Origin: Takakia lepidozioides | Lineage: Eukaryota; Plantae; Bryophyta | Direction of reading: 5' to 3' | Length of the DNA stretch: 64,000 nucleotides | NCBI GenBank assembly: GCA_030704615.1 | Contig: CM060733.1 | Span: 13,888,001 to 13,952,000 of the forward strand | Shown here: positions 11,626 to 25,041 of the stretch, piece by piece | Layout: each line of letters opens with the position of its first letter | Numbering within the stretch: position 1 is the stretch's first letter | Position numbers and translations under genes: made by a program | The notes under the pieces: model-generated | The model's input: only the letters and a program-made list of their open reading frames with translations | What the model was told of the DNA's origin: nothing | Databases searched by the model: none

Positions 11626-13790
11626 ATGGCAAGGTTGGATCAGGCGCAGTTATTTGTTGAGCATGAAATTGGGGGTTTTGCCTGGAGCCTCACCACAGCT
11701 TTTCAAAGACCCAGAGAGGGAGTCAACAAGCGGTTTTCTGGCATTGCTGGGTATGTGAGGAAACTATGTAAGGCAGGACGATTGAAAGAGGCGGTGCACA
11801 TTGTCAACCAAGGAGGCTTCCAGGTGGACTCAGTACCTACATCTGTCTCTTGCAAGAGTGCATGGACATGAAAGACCTAGCAGAGGGAAAGCAGGTGCAC
11901 AACCATATCATCCAAAGGGGATTCAAACCGGATATCTTTCTACTCAACACCCTCACCAACATGTATGCAAAGTGTAGGAGCATGATAGATGCGCGCCAAG
12001 TGCTTGACACAATGCCTGATCGAGATATGTTTACATGGAGTATAATGATAGCAGGATATGCCAAGCATGGGTGTGGTAGGGAGGCTCCAAAAACCTATGA
12101 GCAAATGGAAGGGGAAGGGGTTATTCCCAATAGGGTCACATTCATCTGTGTTCTGAATGCTTGTGCCAGCCTAGGAGCTCTGGAAAGGAGGAATGAGGTC
12201 CATGCTGACATCATCAAATCTGGAATTGCATCATATATTAATTTGGAGAATGCCCTTGTGGTCATGTACACCAAATGCGGGAGCATAAGGGATGCACAAC
12301 AAGTTTTTGACAGTATGGCCCATAGAGATGTGGTCTCTCCGACAAAGATCACAACATATGCTCAGCATGCGTGCGGTAGGGAGGCATTGAAGACTTACGA
12401 GAAAATGCAAGGTGAAGGGGTGGCGCCCAACAGGGTTACTTTTATTTCTGTTCTAAATGCATGTGGCAGCCTAGGGGCCCTGGAAAAGGGTAAAGAAGTA
12501 CATGCTGACATCACCAAAGCTGGAATTGCATCAAATGTTAAGTTGGAAAATACCCTCATCGATATGTATGCCAAGTGTGGGAGCATGAAGGATGCACAAC
12601 AAGTGTTCAACGGGATGGCTAACCAAAATGTGGTCTCATGGAATGCAATGATAGCAGGATACACTCAAGAGTGGTTGTGGTAGAGAAGCTTTTGAGATTT
12701 ATGAACAAATGCAACGGAAAGGTGTGGCACCTGACACAGTCACATTTACTGGCGTGCTCAATGCGTGTGCCAGCCTAGGAGCCCTTGGAACGATGAAAGA
12801 GGTCCATGCTGAGATCATGAAAACTGGAAGTGCATCAGTCATTTTAGAGACTGCTCTTGTCGTTGTGTATGCCAAATGTGGGAGCATGAATGATGCACAT
12901 GAAGCATTTGATAATATGGTCACACGAGATGTGATCTCATGGAATGGCATGATCACAGGATATGCTCAACATGGGTGCTGCAAGGAGGCCCTTCAACTTT
13001 TTGAACAAATGGTACAGAAAGGTGTCAAGCCGGACTGTATCACCTTCATATCCCTTCTCTCTGCATGTAGCATGTGGCCTCATGGATGAAGGCCTTCACT
13101 ACTTTGATTCCATGGGTCTAGATCATGGCCTCACTGCTACAGTGGAGCATTATGGCTGTGCAGTGGACCTTCTTGGCCGGGCAGGACAATTGGATGAGGC
13201 TGAGAACTTGATTAATAAGATGCCAATTGTACCGGGTGTTCGGGTCTGGGGGTCCTTGCTTGGTGCCTGCAGGGGTCACAGTAATGTGGAGGTAGCAGAA
13301 CGTGCTGCAAAGAGCTTTATCAAATGTCCATAGCAAGCTGCACCTTATGTGCTGCTATCAAATAATCCACACTGTGTTTAGAAGATGACATGATAAAGAG
13401 GACACATACGAAGAATGTAGGACAGGTGTTAGAAAGGAGGCAGGGCACAGCTGCATTGAAGTCAGCAATCAGGTGCATACCTTTATTTTGAAGACAAATT
13501 GCATCCACAAACTGGGGAAATCCATACCAAGCTGAAGAGATTGTCTGGGCAGATGGAGTAACAAACTCTTTGTAATGCATGATTTAGAGGAGCAAAAGGT
13601 TCTCTCTCTGTACCACCACAATCAGAAGCTGCCCATTGCTTTTGGGCTTATCAGCACACCCCCTGGGACATCTCTCCGCACTATCCAGAAACGTCAATTG
13701 TTCACACTGCCTCGGAGTTTATTGCCAAGATTGATGGGCGCACATAATACCTTCCAAGATGGTATATGAATTTGTGGGGATTACCATTGA
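11626..13790 (+). pseudogene. PLS-class PPR-E-DYW RNA-editing factor, frameshifted
   Basis: Repeated YAKCGS..DA..VF..M..RDVVSW / PNRVTFISVLNAC motifs, E motif EHYGCAVDLLGRAG..VWGSLLGACR, PG box GVRKEAGHSCIEV, DYW remnant HNQKLPIAFGLISTPPG and terminal CGDYH*. Frameshifts or stops near 11840, 12670, 13070, 13330, 13480, 13560 and 13767. Confidence 0.9.
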
Positions 13791-13879
13791 ATCCAGTAAC
13801 ATGCATTAAGCGGTTTAGAAAGTTTTGCACCAAAAGGTTGAACCCGGGGGATCCCCAGAAGACTCAAAGAAAAAATCTT

Positions 13880-15290
13880 TGTAGTGGTCCGGGAACATCT
13901 TGCATTGCACTCTATGTTGCCACTTTCCACATCAGGATGCTTTCAAATTGGCAGCTCTCTATATGGTATTCACCAGAGTTGTAAATGTCAGGGTTGATCT
14001 AGACCCACTTCGCCGACCCACCACCAGCTTAGTCTGTCTGTGATTCTCTCCATATCTGAATCCTTGTCTGGGGTGATGGCAAACTGCACTGGCCCTCAGA
14101 GCACCTTCACCAGAAAAGACATTTAAGGTGGCATGACGTTGGTGAACTATGAGTATCATGAGTATGTCTTGCAAATCCTGTACCAAACAATCTTAACAAT
14201 CCCAACAATCTCTTTCCTACCACCTGTGCAGGTCTCTTCCCTGTTCATTTATGTTCAGTAATCCATACGTACAAATAACTTGCCTTGAATGTGCTTTAGA
14301 TATGTCGTCTGCGTGCACAGCTTTGACCAGATCCAACAGAGCTTTTCTAGTTTAATTAACTTAACGAGACACCGTTTCCTGCGCTGACGATTGTAGGAGA
14401 AGAGCGCCAACTTGTGGGTCTTTTGCGAAATCTATGTTCTCCACGGTCACCCAATTGCAGTTTGGTGTCGTTGCCCTCATCATGCCATGCTCCTGTCGAA
14501 GAAAGGCGGGCAACACCATGATTGTTTGCGTGGCTGTGGTGGGCCAGCAGGTGCCCTAAGAAGACTTAGAGCCTGCGGGTAAAGAAGTCCCAAATAAGTC
14601 TCATTCAAGCTCACTCCTGACTTCTTTGGATTAATCTGTGCAGGCTCTCCTGCTTGATGTCTACATGTTAGTGGTGGAGACTTGCCAGAACTAGTGCCTT
14701 TGGTAGATGCAGAGAGTGAAGGAGCAGATCTGTTGATGTTGCAGTCGTTCATTTTTGTTATGTATATGAAAGGGGCTATCTCCAAAACGTTGGTTGCTAT
14801 GCGAACATGTTTTACCAATGAAGATTTTAAATATGATGGTCTCAAGTCTCAACCGTTGAAATCCTCAAGAAGGAAGGTCTGTGCTCCAGTGCTTTTAATG
14901 GTTTAACAGAGAAGACACTAAAATCCTTGGTTCTCATGTGGGGAAACCCGACCAGAGACAAGACTTGAGAGATGATACATTTTATAGCTCCAACTGGTGA
15001 AATTTGGCAGAACCCTATATCATATGTCTGAGATGCTTCTGATAGATTGTCCAAGTTTAATTGGGGATCAACTGGATTTGCTTGTGTACATATCTATTAG
15101 TGTACCGATGCAAACTTTCAACAAACAATCCTTCACCACTGCACATTCCCTCCGTAGTCAGTTCTTTGCAGCAGATCATGGAAGAGTAATCAAATGGGTC
15201 CGAGCCTTTTCCAACCCTTTGATGTTGTGCCAAGAGCGGATGCAAGCTAGCCTATACCAGTCCATATCTGGATTTCTTGAACACTGACAA
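13880..15290 (-). pseudogene. Possible degraded coding region of unknown family
   Basis: Protein-like fragments (WVTVENIDFAKDPQVGALLLQ, AITPDKDSDMERITDRLSWWWVGEVGLDQP) broken by many stops; no family recognised. Confidence 0.25.
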
Positions 15291-16514
15291 AGCTTCGCAG
15301 TCTCAAGAGGACAAACTTAAATGTGCAGGTGAACTTCCCTCTGGATCGGTGGATTGTAGATTGATGGGGGTGTATAGATGGATGGGTGCACGGTGCTATC
15401 ATACATGGGCGGATGGATGGTTGTGGAAGGCATGGCAGGAAGAGGGAGGGTGGCCTGCTATGGCTGATGTGCAGCTATCCTCTCTGTTCTCTTGCCCTGG
15501 TGGCGACCTCTGCCATAGCGATTCTTGCAATTGGTTGCTGAATTGTTGGGTTTCTCATGTCCTGAAGTGAAGTCTTCCTAAATTGGGAATTGGGGCAGCT
15601 TGAAGCGCGTGGCGTGGCATTCATGATTTTGTGCGTGGAGGTCAAAGATTGTCTATTGAAGCATTCAGGTTCAGTTTCATGCACAGTGTGGAACATGACA
15701 GATGTACAAGGCTTTCAGCTTCCTATGTCTTACTGGGCACTTGTACAACTCTGGAAATCTAGGCACCTTACATGTGTGTGTAGAAGCATGTCTCTGCAAG
15801 CAATCAGGGTTCACTTTCCTGCACACTGGACGGGTATAGGACGGATTTAGTTTGGAAAAACCCAAACTGGCTGAGGACTTAGAGGGGAAAGCATAGAAGT
15901 GAAGCAGGACCTGGACCTGCCTTGGTCACTCTTGGATATTCGTGTCTGAAAGGCGTCTCACGCAATTGTGAAAGCGTAGCGGGGCAATAAGCTTGTACTT
16001 TGGAAGCTACATAAGGTGGATCGCGGCCCAGGGTTCATGTGAAATCGACCTCAGAAGATTGTGAAGCGAGCTCCAATGTTGCCCGATGCGGTTGCGTGCA
16101 TTCGGTTGCAGTAGATTGCGGATGTGAACTTGGAGAAGGTCCTGGTTGGGTACCTTGTTTTGGCAGTTGTGGTAGGGCATTTCCAAACTTCTGAATAGAA
16201 CTTCTTCCAGGGGGCGAATGTGTTTGCAGGACTAACTTGTCAGGGGATCCCGCTGAAGCCTCTGTGTAGGTATATCGCACACTTCCAGATTCAGCATTTT
16301 AGATCAGATAGAACGGGAGAGAAGGTTACGACTCCCAACGCATCAAGTGGTCACCTTGGTTGCAACAGCTTTCTGAACTGACTTGTATTGTCGCCTTCCG
16401 TAGCTATCAATTCATCCACTTTTGTAAGAAGAGAGTACCCGTCTCCCCCGACTTGAAGTTGGCCGGCAAATTCACAAAATCCTCCATCCCAAATGCAATT
16501 TTGGTTCTTTTTCA

Positions 16515-16582
16515 TACTCCAAGGCAAGTCTAATAATGCGACAAAGCATGGTTTTCTTGACCTCAGAGTTGATCCCTCTACA
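16515..16582 (-). mobile_element. Short LINE ORF2 fragment, same family as 27246-27957
   Basis: tctaataatgcgacaaagcatggttttcttgacctcagagttgatccctct is near-identical to 27904-27955. Confidence 0.65.
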
Positions 16583-17644
16583 GGTTTGTTTGAGAGTAGT
16601 ATTATGTGTGATCTACACCCACTGTCAGGAGCTGATGAGGTCGCCAGGGAGTGGTGGAGGCTTGTACAATGACGAGGTTGATGGTTTGAGACTTTGTGAT
16701 TGACAACACAATGTTAAGTCTGCAACTCTATGTTGGGCTAGTCTAGGTCTTAACTTGGACTGGTGCAAAATCTGTTTGAGTTTCTTGTTAAAGCCTGCAT
16801 GGAGTTGGCACTCAGTACCTACCTAGATCACTTCTGAGAATGATGGGACCTGAACCATTTGCTTTGGAAATTACCACTTTTGAGCCCCATTGCATTCACA
16901 TAGAAAGCAAACCCCCCCCCCCCCTAAACCAATTTGGTATAAGGGTTTGGGATGCGGCAGTACAGTAGAATATGGCTGGGATTCTACCTGCAAGAAAATT
17001 TTATTTTATTTTATTTTATAAAAAAGGAAACCTGGGAGCGAGTGCTCACAATTCAGGCCCTTGAGGAGGGGGAAAAATTAACCCCCTTTCAGATAAGCCA
17101 TTAGGCACACAGGTGGGAAACGTCACCATCAGACCAACCGGTAAATTTTGCAACATTGATTGTTTGCTTTGGTCAAAGGTGACGTTTTCGTTTTTATTTT
17201 TATTTTGCTGAAAATGCACCTTGTTCAATTGTTATAATATCCCAAATAAATCGGTGGAATCTCCCCAAATTTGGGATGCTTGTGCATAGGGATGACTTCG
17301 TATGGTTCATCCATGTGGATGAAAGGGGGTTAGGCAGCTACAAGGTGACGGGTGAGGTTGGGCCCAGGTTTTGTCCAAAAGACAAAAACATGTCTACTCT
17401 CTTAGGGGTTAACATGTTCATGTTACGAAGATATTGGAACGACTAATATCTGCCATCAGTTTGACATACCAGCAATGATATCTCGAAAGGATTTGGAAAT
17501 GACAATGAATGGTTTTTGAAGTAGGGCAGAATGGGATCTACATATTATATGATATTATGTATATTGGGAGTTAGAAAATTCAAGGGTTTTCTTAATATGT
17601 ATGATATTATGTATATATTGGGAATTAAGAAATTCAAGGGTTTT

Positions 17645-18037
17645 CTTTTTTCTTTTTGCTTTTTTAAGGGAAACCTGGAAACGACACCCCACAATTGGGG
17701 TCCTTCAGGAGGGGGAAAAACTAACCCCCTTTCAATCGACCATCAACGCCTATACATATCATCATGACAACCAGCATGTAGCCCAGTGGTAGTTGGCACA
17801 TACTATGTTGGATGTGGTTGTGGGTTCAAACCATGTTCTGGTGTGTCATTAAGGTGTCCACCTTTCAGCTGGAAGGCAATAGCCCTTGTGGTGAAGAGAC
17901 ACCATAATTACGCTCCCTTCGAGAGGTGCCATATTTTTTATTTATCGAACAAATCCCAGACACAGGACAGGGCAACTGGTTTGAACCCCGAATCACCAAG
18001 GCGAAACATTGTGCACTTATCAGTTGAGCTACCAACC
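17645..18037 (-). mobile_element. tRNA-derived SINE; a related 3' fragment lies at ~17020-17090
   Basis: Minus-strand GGTAGCTCAACTG (A box) and GGTTCAAACC (B box) at 18033-17978. The 3' body GGTT..TTTTCCCCCTCCT..CCAGGTTTCC is shared with 17026-17090 and 54698-54765. Confidence 0.6.
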
Positions 18038-18195
18038 AATGCATTTTTCTTTCCTTATCTTTCTTCTATTTAAACAGGGGAGTCAAAGTAATTCGTGTAG
18101 GACTCGTGAGAAAAGCTTTACAAGGCATCAGATTGCGGACAATGCTTCTGTTGTATGACCACTAACTTGCTTTATATGTCAACATAATCATTTTA

Positions 18196-19262
18196 GCTAA
18201 ATTGTTCTACCGTCCATTGTAGGTGTAGTATTATAATGTCACGATTTCAAGCTTTCAGATCAATATATAAGCCATTAAATTGGTTAGATCACGTATCAAT
18301 TGTGGTTTTTTCTTCCCTTAGCTAGTGCCACCAAAACCCCAATGACTTCTTCATTTGGATTGCACTAGCTATAAAACTAGAATTAAACTATTGACAGTTG
18401 TCTAGGTGTAGCATTGTAATGTACAACAATACACTATATAGTAACTGTTCACGCATCTCTGAATCACCCTAAATTGGGACTTGTTGTGCCTGCCACTTGT
18501 CCACAAGAAATCCAGCTCGTTTTGGGCTTTCCGTAGATGTCTTCATAAGCATCGTAAGTCTTTTTCTCTTCTAATAGTAGCATAGTTAGAAATTTTTATG
18601 TTAATTACAAAGAAATCAATAATTTTTTTGGATGATATAATTAAAACTAAAGCATATTATGTATATTACGAATTAAGAAATTCAAGATTTTTACTTTACT
18701 ATTTTTTTCTATTTAAACAGGGGATTAGAACTCATGAGAAAAACTCTTGAAATCAAAGATTTATTTACAACATGTCATTTAAGCAAATGATCATTATCTT
18801 TTTCGTTTGATCCTAATGAGACTTTGCATGTTTCTTGTTTTTTTTTTAATTGTATAGATTAAACTACCTTGTACATCATCTTTATCTGCAAATCAGATAT
18901 AGATGGTGTGTCCGAGAATCAACAAAAGCAAATAATTTGTATACTCAACTAGGGGAAAATGATCATGTTGACTTTCAATATAAAACATGTTAGTGGTCCT
19001 AGTATCCGACAAAGCATTGTCCGCACAATTTGATACCTACTAACAGTTGGCAACATTCACCAAGCTAAAATTGTTCCGCCGTGCATTGTATGTATTAGTA
19101 TTATAATGGGATTTCAAGCTTGCATTAGAAGCCATTAAATCGACTAGATCACCTAGCAATTTTGGCTTTTCTTCCCTTAGCCACTACCACCAAAACCCCC
19201 AATGTCTTCCTCATTTGATTTTGCACTATAAAACTATAATTAAACTATTGACAGTTGTCTAG
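18196..19262. repeat. ~200-bp dispersed direct duplication (18196-18405 and 19064-19262)
   Basis: Both copies read gctaaattgttc...ccaccaaaacccc(c)aatg...attaaactattgacagttgtctag. Confidence 0.85.
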
Positions 19263-19710
19263 TTATATCTAGTATATATATATATAGGCCGAATTGCTGA
19301 TTTTAACTCTTGTTTGGAATATAGACATTTTCTTATTTATGTATATTTAGTGCATTGAGCTGATTATGCAATTGAACCAAGTTGGTCCATAAATAAAGAA
19401 TGTTATAAGAATTTTACTAATTTTTGTCATTAAAAAATCTTATCTCACATTCATTTCTTCACGCCATTATTATTTACAACACATTATTCTATTTATTATT
19501 TATTTTAATAATATTTTATAATATTTTTAATCACATCAGATATAAAATGGAGCTACATGACTACACACGCAGTTAAATCTTCTTCCCAAAATACATACTT
19601 AATAGAGCTCTACAATTAGCAACAAGGAGCTTTACTTGTCAAATATCTTTATCTTTACATACCCCCAAGGTTTTGTGGATCATAGCAACATTTGTATTCA
19701 GACTTGCAAC

Positions 19711-20187
19711 ATGGTTATGACAAAATTTGTCAATTTCTCTCTAGTATTAGTTCTATTTTTCATATATCTAACTTATGTTGGAGCTGATGCAAATGGTGAA
19801 TGCTGCATGGAGGCTGAAGGTCAACTAAATAGTGGCAACTTTCTCATTAGCTCAAATCAGCGCTATACGCTCTCGATGTTGGAGAACTGTGATGTATGAC
19901 TGCAGAATATGGACGAACTAGGAAAACGGTTGTGGGATAGCGGCAGTGGAGGTGTAGGCGTAAATTGTTACCTCACCCAACAAGATGATGGAAACTTGGT
20001 GGTTTACGATCAAAATAATCAACCTAAATGGGCTTCGAACACAGTAAATGCCGGAGACTGTGTTGGTGTTGGATGGTACTATCTGAGGTTGCAAGATGAC
20101 GGAAACTTGGTACTTTATTGCGTTCCTATAGTATTAGATAGCTTTCGTGGTTATCCTGTGTGGAGTACTGGTACAAATGGACAGTAA
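19711..20187 (+). pseudogene. Secreted GNA-related/bulb-type mannose-binding lectin with one in-frame TGA (19897-19899)
   Basis: Hydrophobic signal peptide, LNSGNFLISSNQRYTLSM, two QxDxNxVxY sites (QDDGNLVVY, QDDGNLVLY), WASNT and VWSTGT. The two ORFs in the track are in the same frame. Confidence 0.9.
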
Positions 20188-20419
20188 GCCTCCAAGAAAC
20201 TACATGTTGCATGACATTGGTTATCATACAAAAAAAAATTGTAAGGTTGTTCATAGAGGAGCTGAAGAGAGCCATTTTGGCATATTTACATATGTGTGAG
20301 AGGCTTGCACTTGTTCTTTAGTTTAATAAAATTTAACGTATGGTTTGTGGTAGTTTATGGGTGATTTGGTGAGAAAATTTGTTTGTGCTAAATCACGTCA
20401 AGCCCAGATTAATAATAAA

Positions 20420-23350
20420 GTGATTAGATTCAGTATTACTCAAGACTATCAAGGAATACAATGCTGATCTAACTTGTATACCAACTGATTGCTACAACTT
20501 CACATGATCCCAAAAGCTACAACCAAGCAATCTACTGCTCATGTAAGCATATGCTGAGCAACTTCCAAGCTACCTGCAAATTATGCTAATCGCAGAGCAG
20601 TGAGAGAGTGTGTATGTGACAACATGACGACCAGACAATGTATCCTAACTACCTTGTGGTTGGTTACAAGCGGTTAGTGAGTAACTAGTTATTATGCCAA
20701 GAAACTGTTCAGATGTCGTGAGAAAATTGCATCCAAAACTCCCACTCTACAAATGGGGCAGTCTTCTCCAGCTGAAATCTTCAAACAGCAGTAAGGCCGA
20801 GGGGTGCACGTATGTACTGGAACTTCTCGGTGGGCAAAGGTTTGGTAAGCACATCAACAATTTGATCCTCAGTATGAATGTATGTGACATGCATTATGCA
20901 TTTGGTCTTCCTCGTGCTTTTCACGAATGATATGAAAAACAACGTCAATATGTTTGGTCCTACGATGAAACACAGGATTCTTATGCATGATTGGTTGCCA
21001 AGGTAATTGTAGGCTTGAGTGGACCAAAAACAGCAGATGTTGCATTCCATGGAAGTGCATGACCAAATTTAAAGTTGACGGTATTCCCCAAATAATTCAA
21101 ATGATGATAGACAATGGTATATTCAACATTTTTAATAAAGGATCTTATAATTTTTACTATAAATTTTAGTTTTTAATTTGAATAAAATTTGACATATCAA
21201 AAATTAGAATTTAAATCCATTTGTCTATATACAATGAAGCCATTGTAGATTATATTTTTGTATCATTTGTAGTAAAATATGACACCTTAAGATCAAAATC
21301 AGAGTACACCATGGACTTGGCAAAATAAACCACATTTTTGGGACATATATTAGTCCATAGGATCCAAATGGAGAGGGATTTTGCCACTTCAAATCCATAT
21401 CTCTGATGTGGACCAAAATGACTACCTTATGTCCAAGTTTCAATGGAATTGACCAATGGCACATAGGACTTCTTCAGTCCATTGTAATTCCATTCACTGC
21501 AGAAACAAGTCCACTATATGGTCTTCAAAAGTCTATAACTTTGTCATTTCTTATCAGATTCATGATTGGAGAGTTGTTATGGGTGCGTATTGAAGCTATG
21601 AATCCAATGACATATATAGTTCTTAGTTTTAATGAGTTCATTAAAAAAAAATTGATGACACCATCAATTGCAGTCATCTAAAACTGTGACGGTAACGTCC
21701 ATTTTGGTCCAGTCATTCCTGCATCCACCCGTCACTCATCAGACTAGTTGGCTCGGGCTGGGGATAACCAATGTTGCTCAGCAAGCGACAAAGCCAGTGT
21801 GAAAGCAAGCTACGGTGGCTCAGAAAAATCCTCATTTGTAGTCCTTAAGAAGTACACAACATTTTTTGGTAAAAGATCCATATCTTTCTTGGTGGTCCTT
21901 TGTAATAGGCAAATATACATTTCAATGAAGGGAGTTTCTTTAATTCATTCATTTTTCTCCTATAGAACAATTTGAAAATTCACTGCTATTTAAAGTATTT
22001 AAAGTACATGAAATTTACATAATTAAATATTAATCCATTAGATTTGTCATTTTAGTCAACAAGTCTTCCACTGTCGCCACCGAGAGCAATGTCCTGATCA
22101 AGTCGAACTTGGCGACATGTGAGAAGGACTTTGTATAGTCAACTCTTGCACGTTGGTTGTATCCCTTAGCACAAAGTCTAGCTTGATATCGATCGATCTC
22201 ACTAGCAACATTGAGTTTCAACTTATAAACCTACTTACAGCTATACGTTTGCGGTCCTTGGGGAGTGGTTGTAATTCCCAAGAGTCGTTCTCCAAAAGAT
22301 ACTCGTATTCTTTGATCATTGCTTGCAACCACTGTGCAGATTCATGACAATGTACAGTGTCAGTGTAACTCGATGGCTCCTCCAGTAGCATAGGCTCTGC
22401 ATGATTTGTCACCAAGCATGCATGGTGTCGTCCTGGATAGTACCAGTCACCATATCTTGTTGGCGGATTGCACACTCTTGGTTCCAATGTTGAAACCAAT
22501 TCTCCTTCATTAGGCTGACCGCACCTGGGACGCACGTCACCGCCTGCTGGGTCTAGCAATGGATCAGTTTATGGGAGACTGTGAACCACTAGCACTGCTG
22601 GGATGACCGCCTGACAGTTCTTGGATTTCTTGAGCGAACAATGGCTTTTCGTCCTCTTGCGCTGCTCCTGGTGCTACAACGTGGTGGGTATGGCTCCCAC
22701 TGGCCCTGCACTCTCATTTTCACCAATGAGAAACGTTGCATGGCTTGCCACCCATGCATCGCAGTCAGAGCTTGATATTGGAACGTCTTCTTCACTAAAA
22801 AGTATGTCACGACTTTCTTCAATGCAACACTTGTCATTTAATAGCCAAACCCTGTAGTTGCTTATATAGCTATATCACATGAAAACGCTCTTCCGACTTT
22901 TTGCCTCCAGCTTCGTTCTCAGTTCTTTTGGCATATGCACGTGTGCATCGCAGCCGAACACTCTCATGTGAGCTACAGACGGCTTATCTCCTGTCCAAAG
23001 GGTGTCTTGTAAGGTACCATACGAGTATGCGTATGGTTCAGAGTATATATGACAGTATGTGCAACTTCCCCCAAAAAATGTGGATGAACGTTGCTTGCAT
23101 GGATCATGCTTCGTACCATTTCCACGATGGTCCTATTTTCCCGCTCATAGGCACCATTTTGTTCAAGTGTGTAAGTTGCTGGCATCTCATGCTTACAATC
23201 AATGTCTTCCAAGAACTGTTGGATAACATCTCCAGTGTACTCACCCACCCCTATCGGATCTCAACACCACAACTAACTGGCATGTCTCACGCAACATCCA
23301 ACAAATATTTGTTGAATTTGGTTAATGCCTGTGACTTCTTGGCTATACAA
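20420..23350 (-). mobile_element. Degraded Ty1/Copia element (integrase, RT, RNase H, PPT/LTR) interrupted by an ~1-kb insert
   Basis: YTLEQNGAYERENRTIVEMVRSM (integrase); EPSSY..WLQAMIKEY..LENDSWEL and RYQARLCAKGYNQ (RT); NPVFHRRTKHIDV and EDQIVDVLTKPLP (RNase H); minus-strand GAGTGGGAG at ~20747-20739. Confidence 0.85.
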
Positions 23351-24042
23351 TTTTGCATTTCCGTCCAACGTTGGGCAATGCCCCCGAAGAGGCTCCTATT
23401 TCGCTAACTTTGAAGTTTGGTTGGCGTCAATCTCTATTTCTCTCTCTTTATAATGTCATCTAGTACTAATGGGGTGAATGGATCACAAAGATTGGATGGC
23501 CCCTCTTTTTAGTATTAAAGTATCACTAGAAGGAATCGTGTCTTTTCCGCCTTGACTGGGGTTGACTTGGTGTCGGAAATTCATAAGTGAACTTAAGGAC
23601 TAGACAATCGCAAAAGACAAATTCATGCCACGGTGGCGGCATGGATCACACACATCATTGTATAAAAGACTCCGGGAATGATGTCAAATTTTGGCGAATT
23701 TCATGGCATGAGTAAATAAAGTGAATATACATTGCAACAAATGGAAGTGGTTTTAAGTGCTGAAGAAACGACTCCAAACTTAACCAAATTTGCAATCCAT
23801 TTAATTTCAGTTTTTTATATTTATTAATAGGGGTGAATATATAGTTCTTTGTACCACTAGTTTAACGACGGTTTACACTAGACATGGATGGGAGTTGAAT
23901 GCGCGCGTGCGAAGCTTGCCGGTACAAGCCCTAGAGCTAACCGGAGGGCCCCGTGGGCCCGCGGTCAAATCCCCACCCCCGCTTCCCTCGAGTATGCTTC
24001 ACGCCCATCCGAGGGTCCCACGCTCCATGTTCCCGCTGCGGC

Positions 24043-24790
24043 CACTACAAGAAAAGGGGGGCCTTTGCGACGCCCGAGCCACGCCGCAACGTCAGGAAAA
24101 CGCCGATTTCGGGCCGGGGGCAGGCGCAGAATTTGCGACGCCCGGCCGTCGCATGGGCGTCACCAAAATGACATCGCAAAAATGCGATATATGGGGGTCG
24201 CGAGCCCCTGCCCCACTCCCGCAACTGCCGGACGTCACTTTTCAAGGCCGTCCATAGGGGCCTCCTTCGAGCGACGTCTCGCCGTCGCGGCCCTCCAGCC
24301 GACGGCGTGGGGGGGGGCGCCGGCGCGGCGTCGCATCCCTTTTTTTTTCTAAACTGCCCGGGAGTCCCATCCTAAAACCCAAAAACACGTGGCGTAAGCC
24401 GGGTGGTACGCCAAGCGATGCCAGTGCGTCGCTGCAAGCGACTATTGGGCATGGCAAAAAAGAACAGCGGGAGCAAGAGTCGGGCTCCGCCACGCCCGGG
24501 CGTGGGTTTTGGTGACGCTCTGGCGTCGTTTTTTTTTTTTTTTTTTTTTAAATTATTAAATAAATTTAAAAAAAAACGTGGCGCACGTAGGGTGGCGGGC
24601 TACGCGACGCCAGGGCATCGCGGCTTGCGACCCCCGGACCAAAAAAACACATCGCAGGGGTGTCGGGCGTTGCCGCCTGCAAATGGGATTGGCGACGCTC
24701 GACCGTCACGGCTTGCGACCCCCGCCCAAAAAACATGTCGCCATTGGCGATGTCCTGCAGTCGCAAGGGCATCCTGGGAGGGGGGTTAGG
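24043..24790. repeat. CACTA left subterminal repeat region (GCGACG/CGTCGC motifs in both orientations)
   Basis: Dense GC-rich GCGAC(G/C)C and GTCGC motifs next to the TIR. Confidence 0.8.
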
Positions 24791-25041
24791 GGTTGATTTT
24801 GGGGGTGAATTGGGGGTGGTTTTTTGTTTTTTGCTTAGTTTTGTTTTTGGGGATATGAGACCTTACAGTTCCATTTCTCTGATTCAGTAGGTACACAATT
24901 GAGCAAGCATGAATCGAGGGTGAGGACGGTGGATACATGAATAAGATGGAAGATGGAAAGATGGAAATATATTTACAAGAAATGAGCTAAAAAACTCACA
25001 AAGGTTCAGTAGGCTGACCCTAGGACCTACATGGACTAGGA

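Noticed and set aside
13420-13790. DYW:KP (U-to-C) editing variant
   Set aside because: The PG box is of the ordinary type (KEAGHSCIEV); the deviations are better explained by decay.
23931-23962. Helitron 3' end (CTAG near a GGGCCC hairpin)
   Set aside because: No matching 5' end or Rep/helicase; the region is better explained as a CACTA-like terminus.
23888-24890. Cluster of overlapping Arg/Pro-rich ORFs
   Set aside because: By-product of GC-rich CACTA subterminal repeats.
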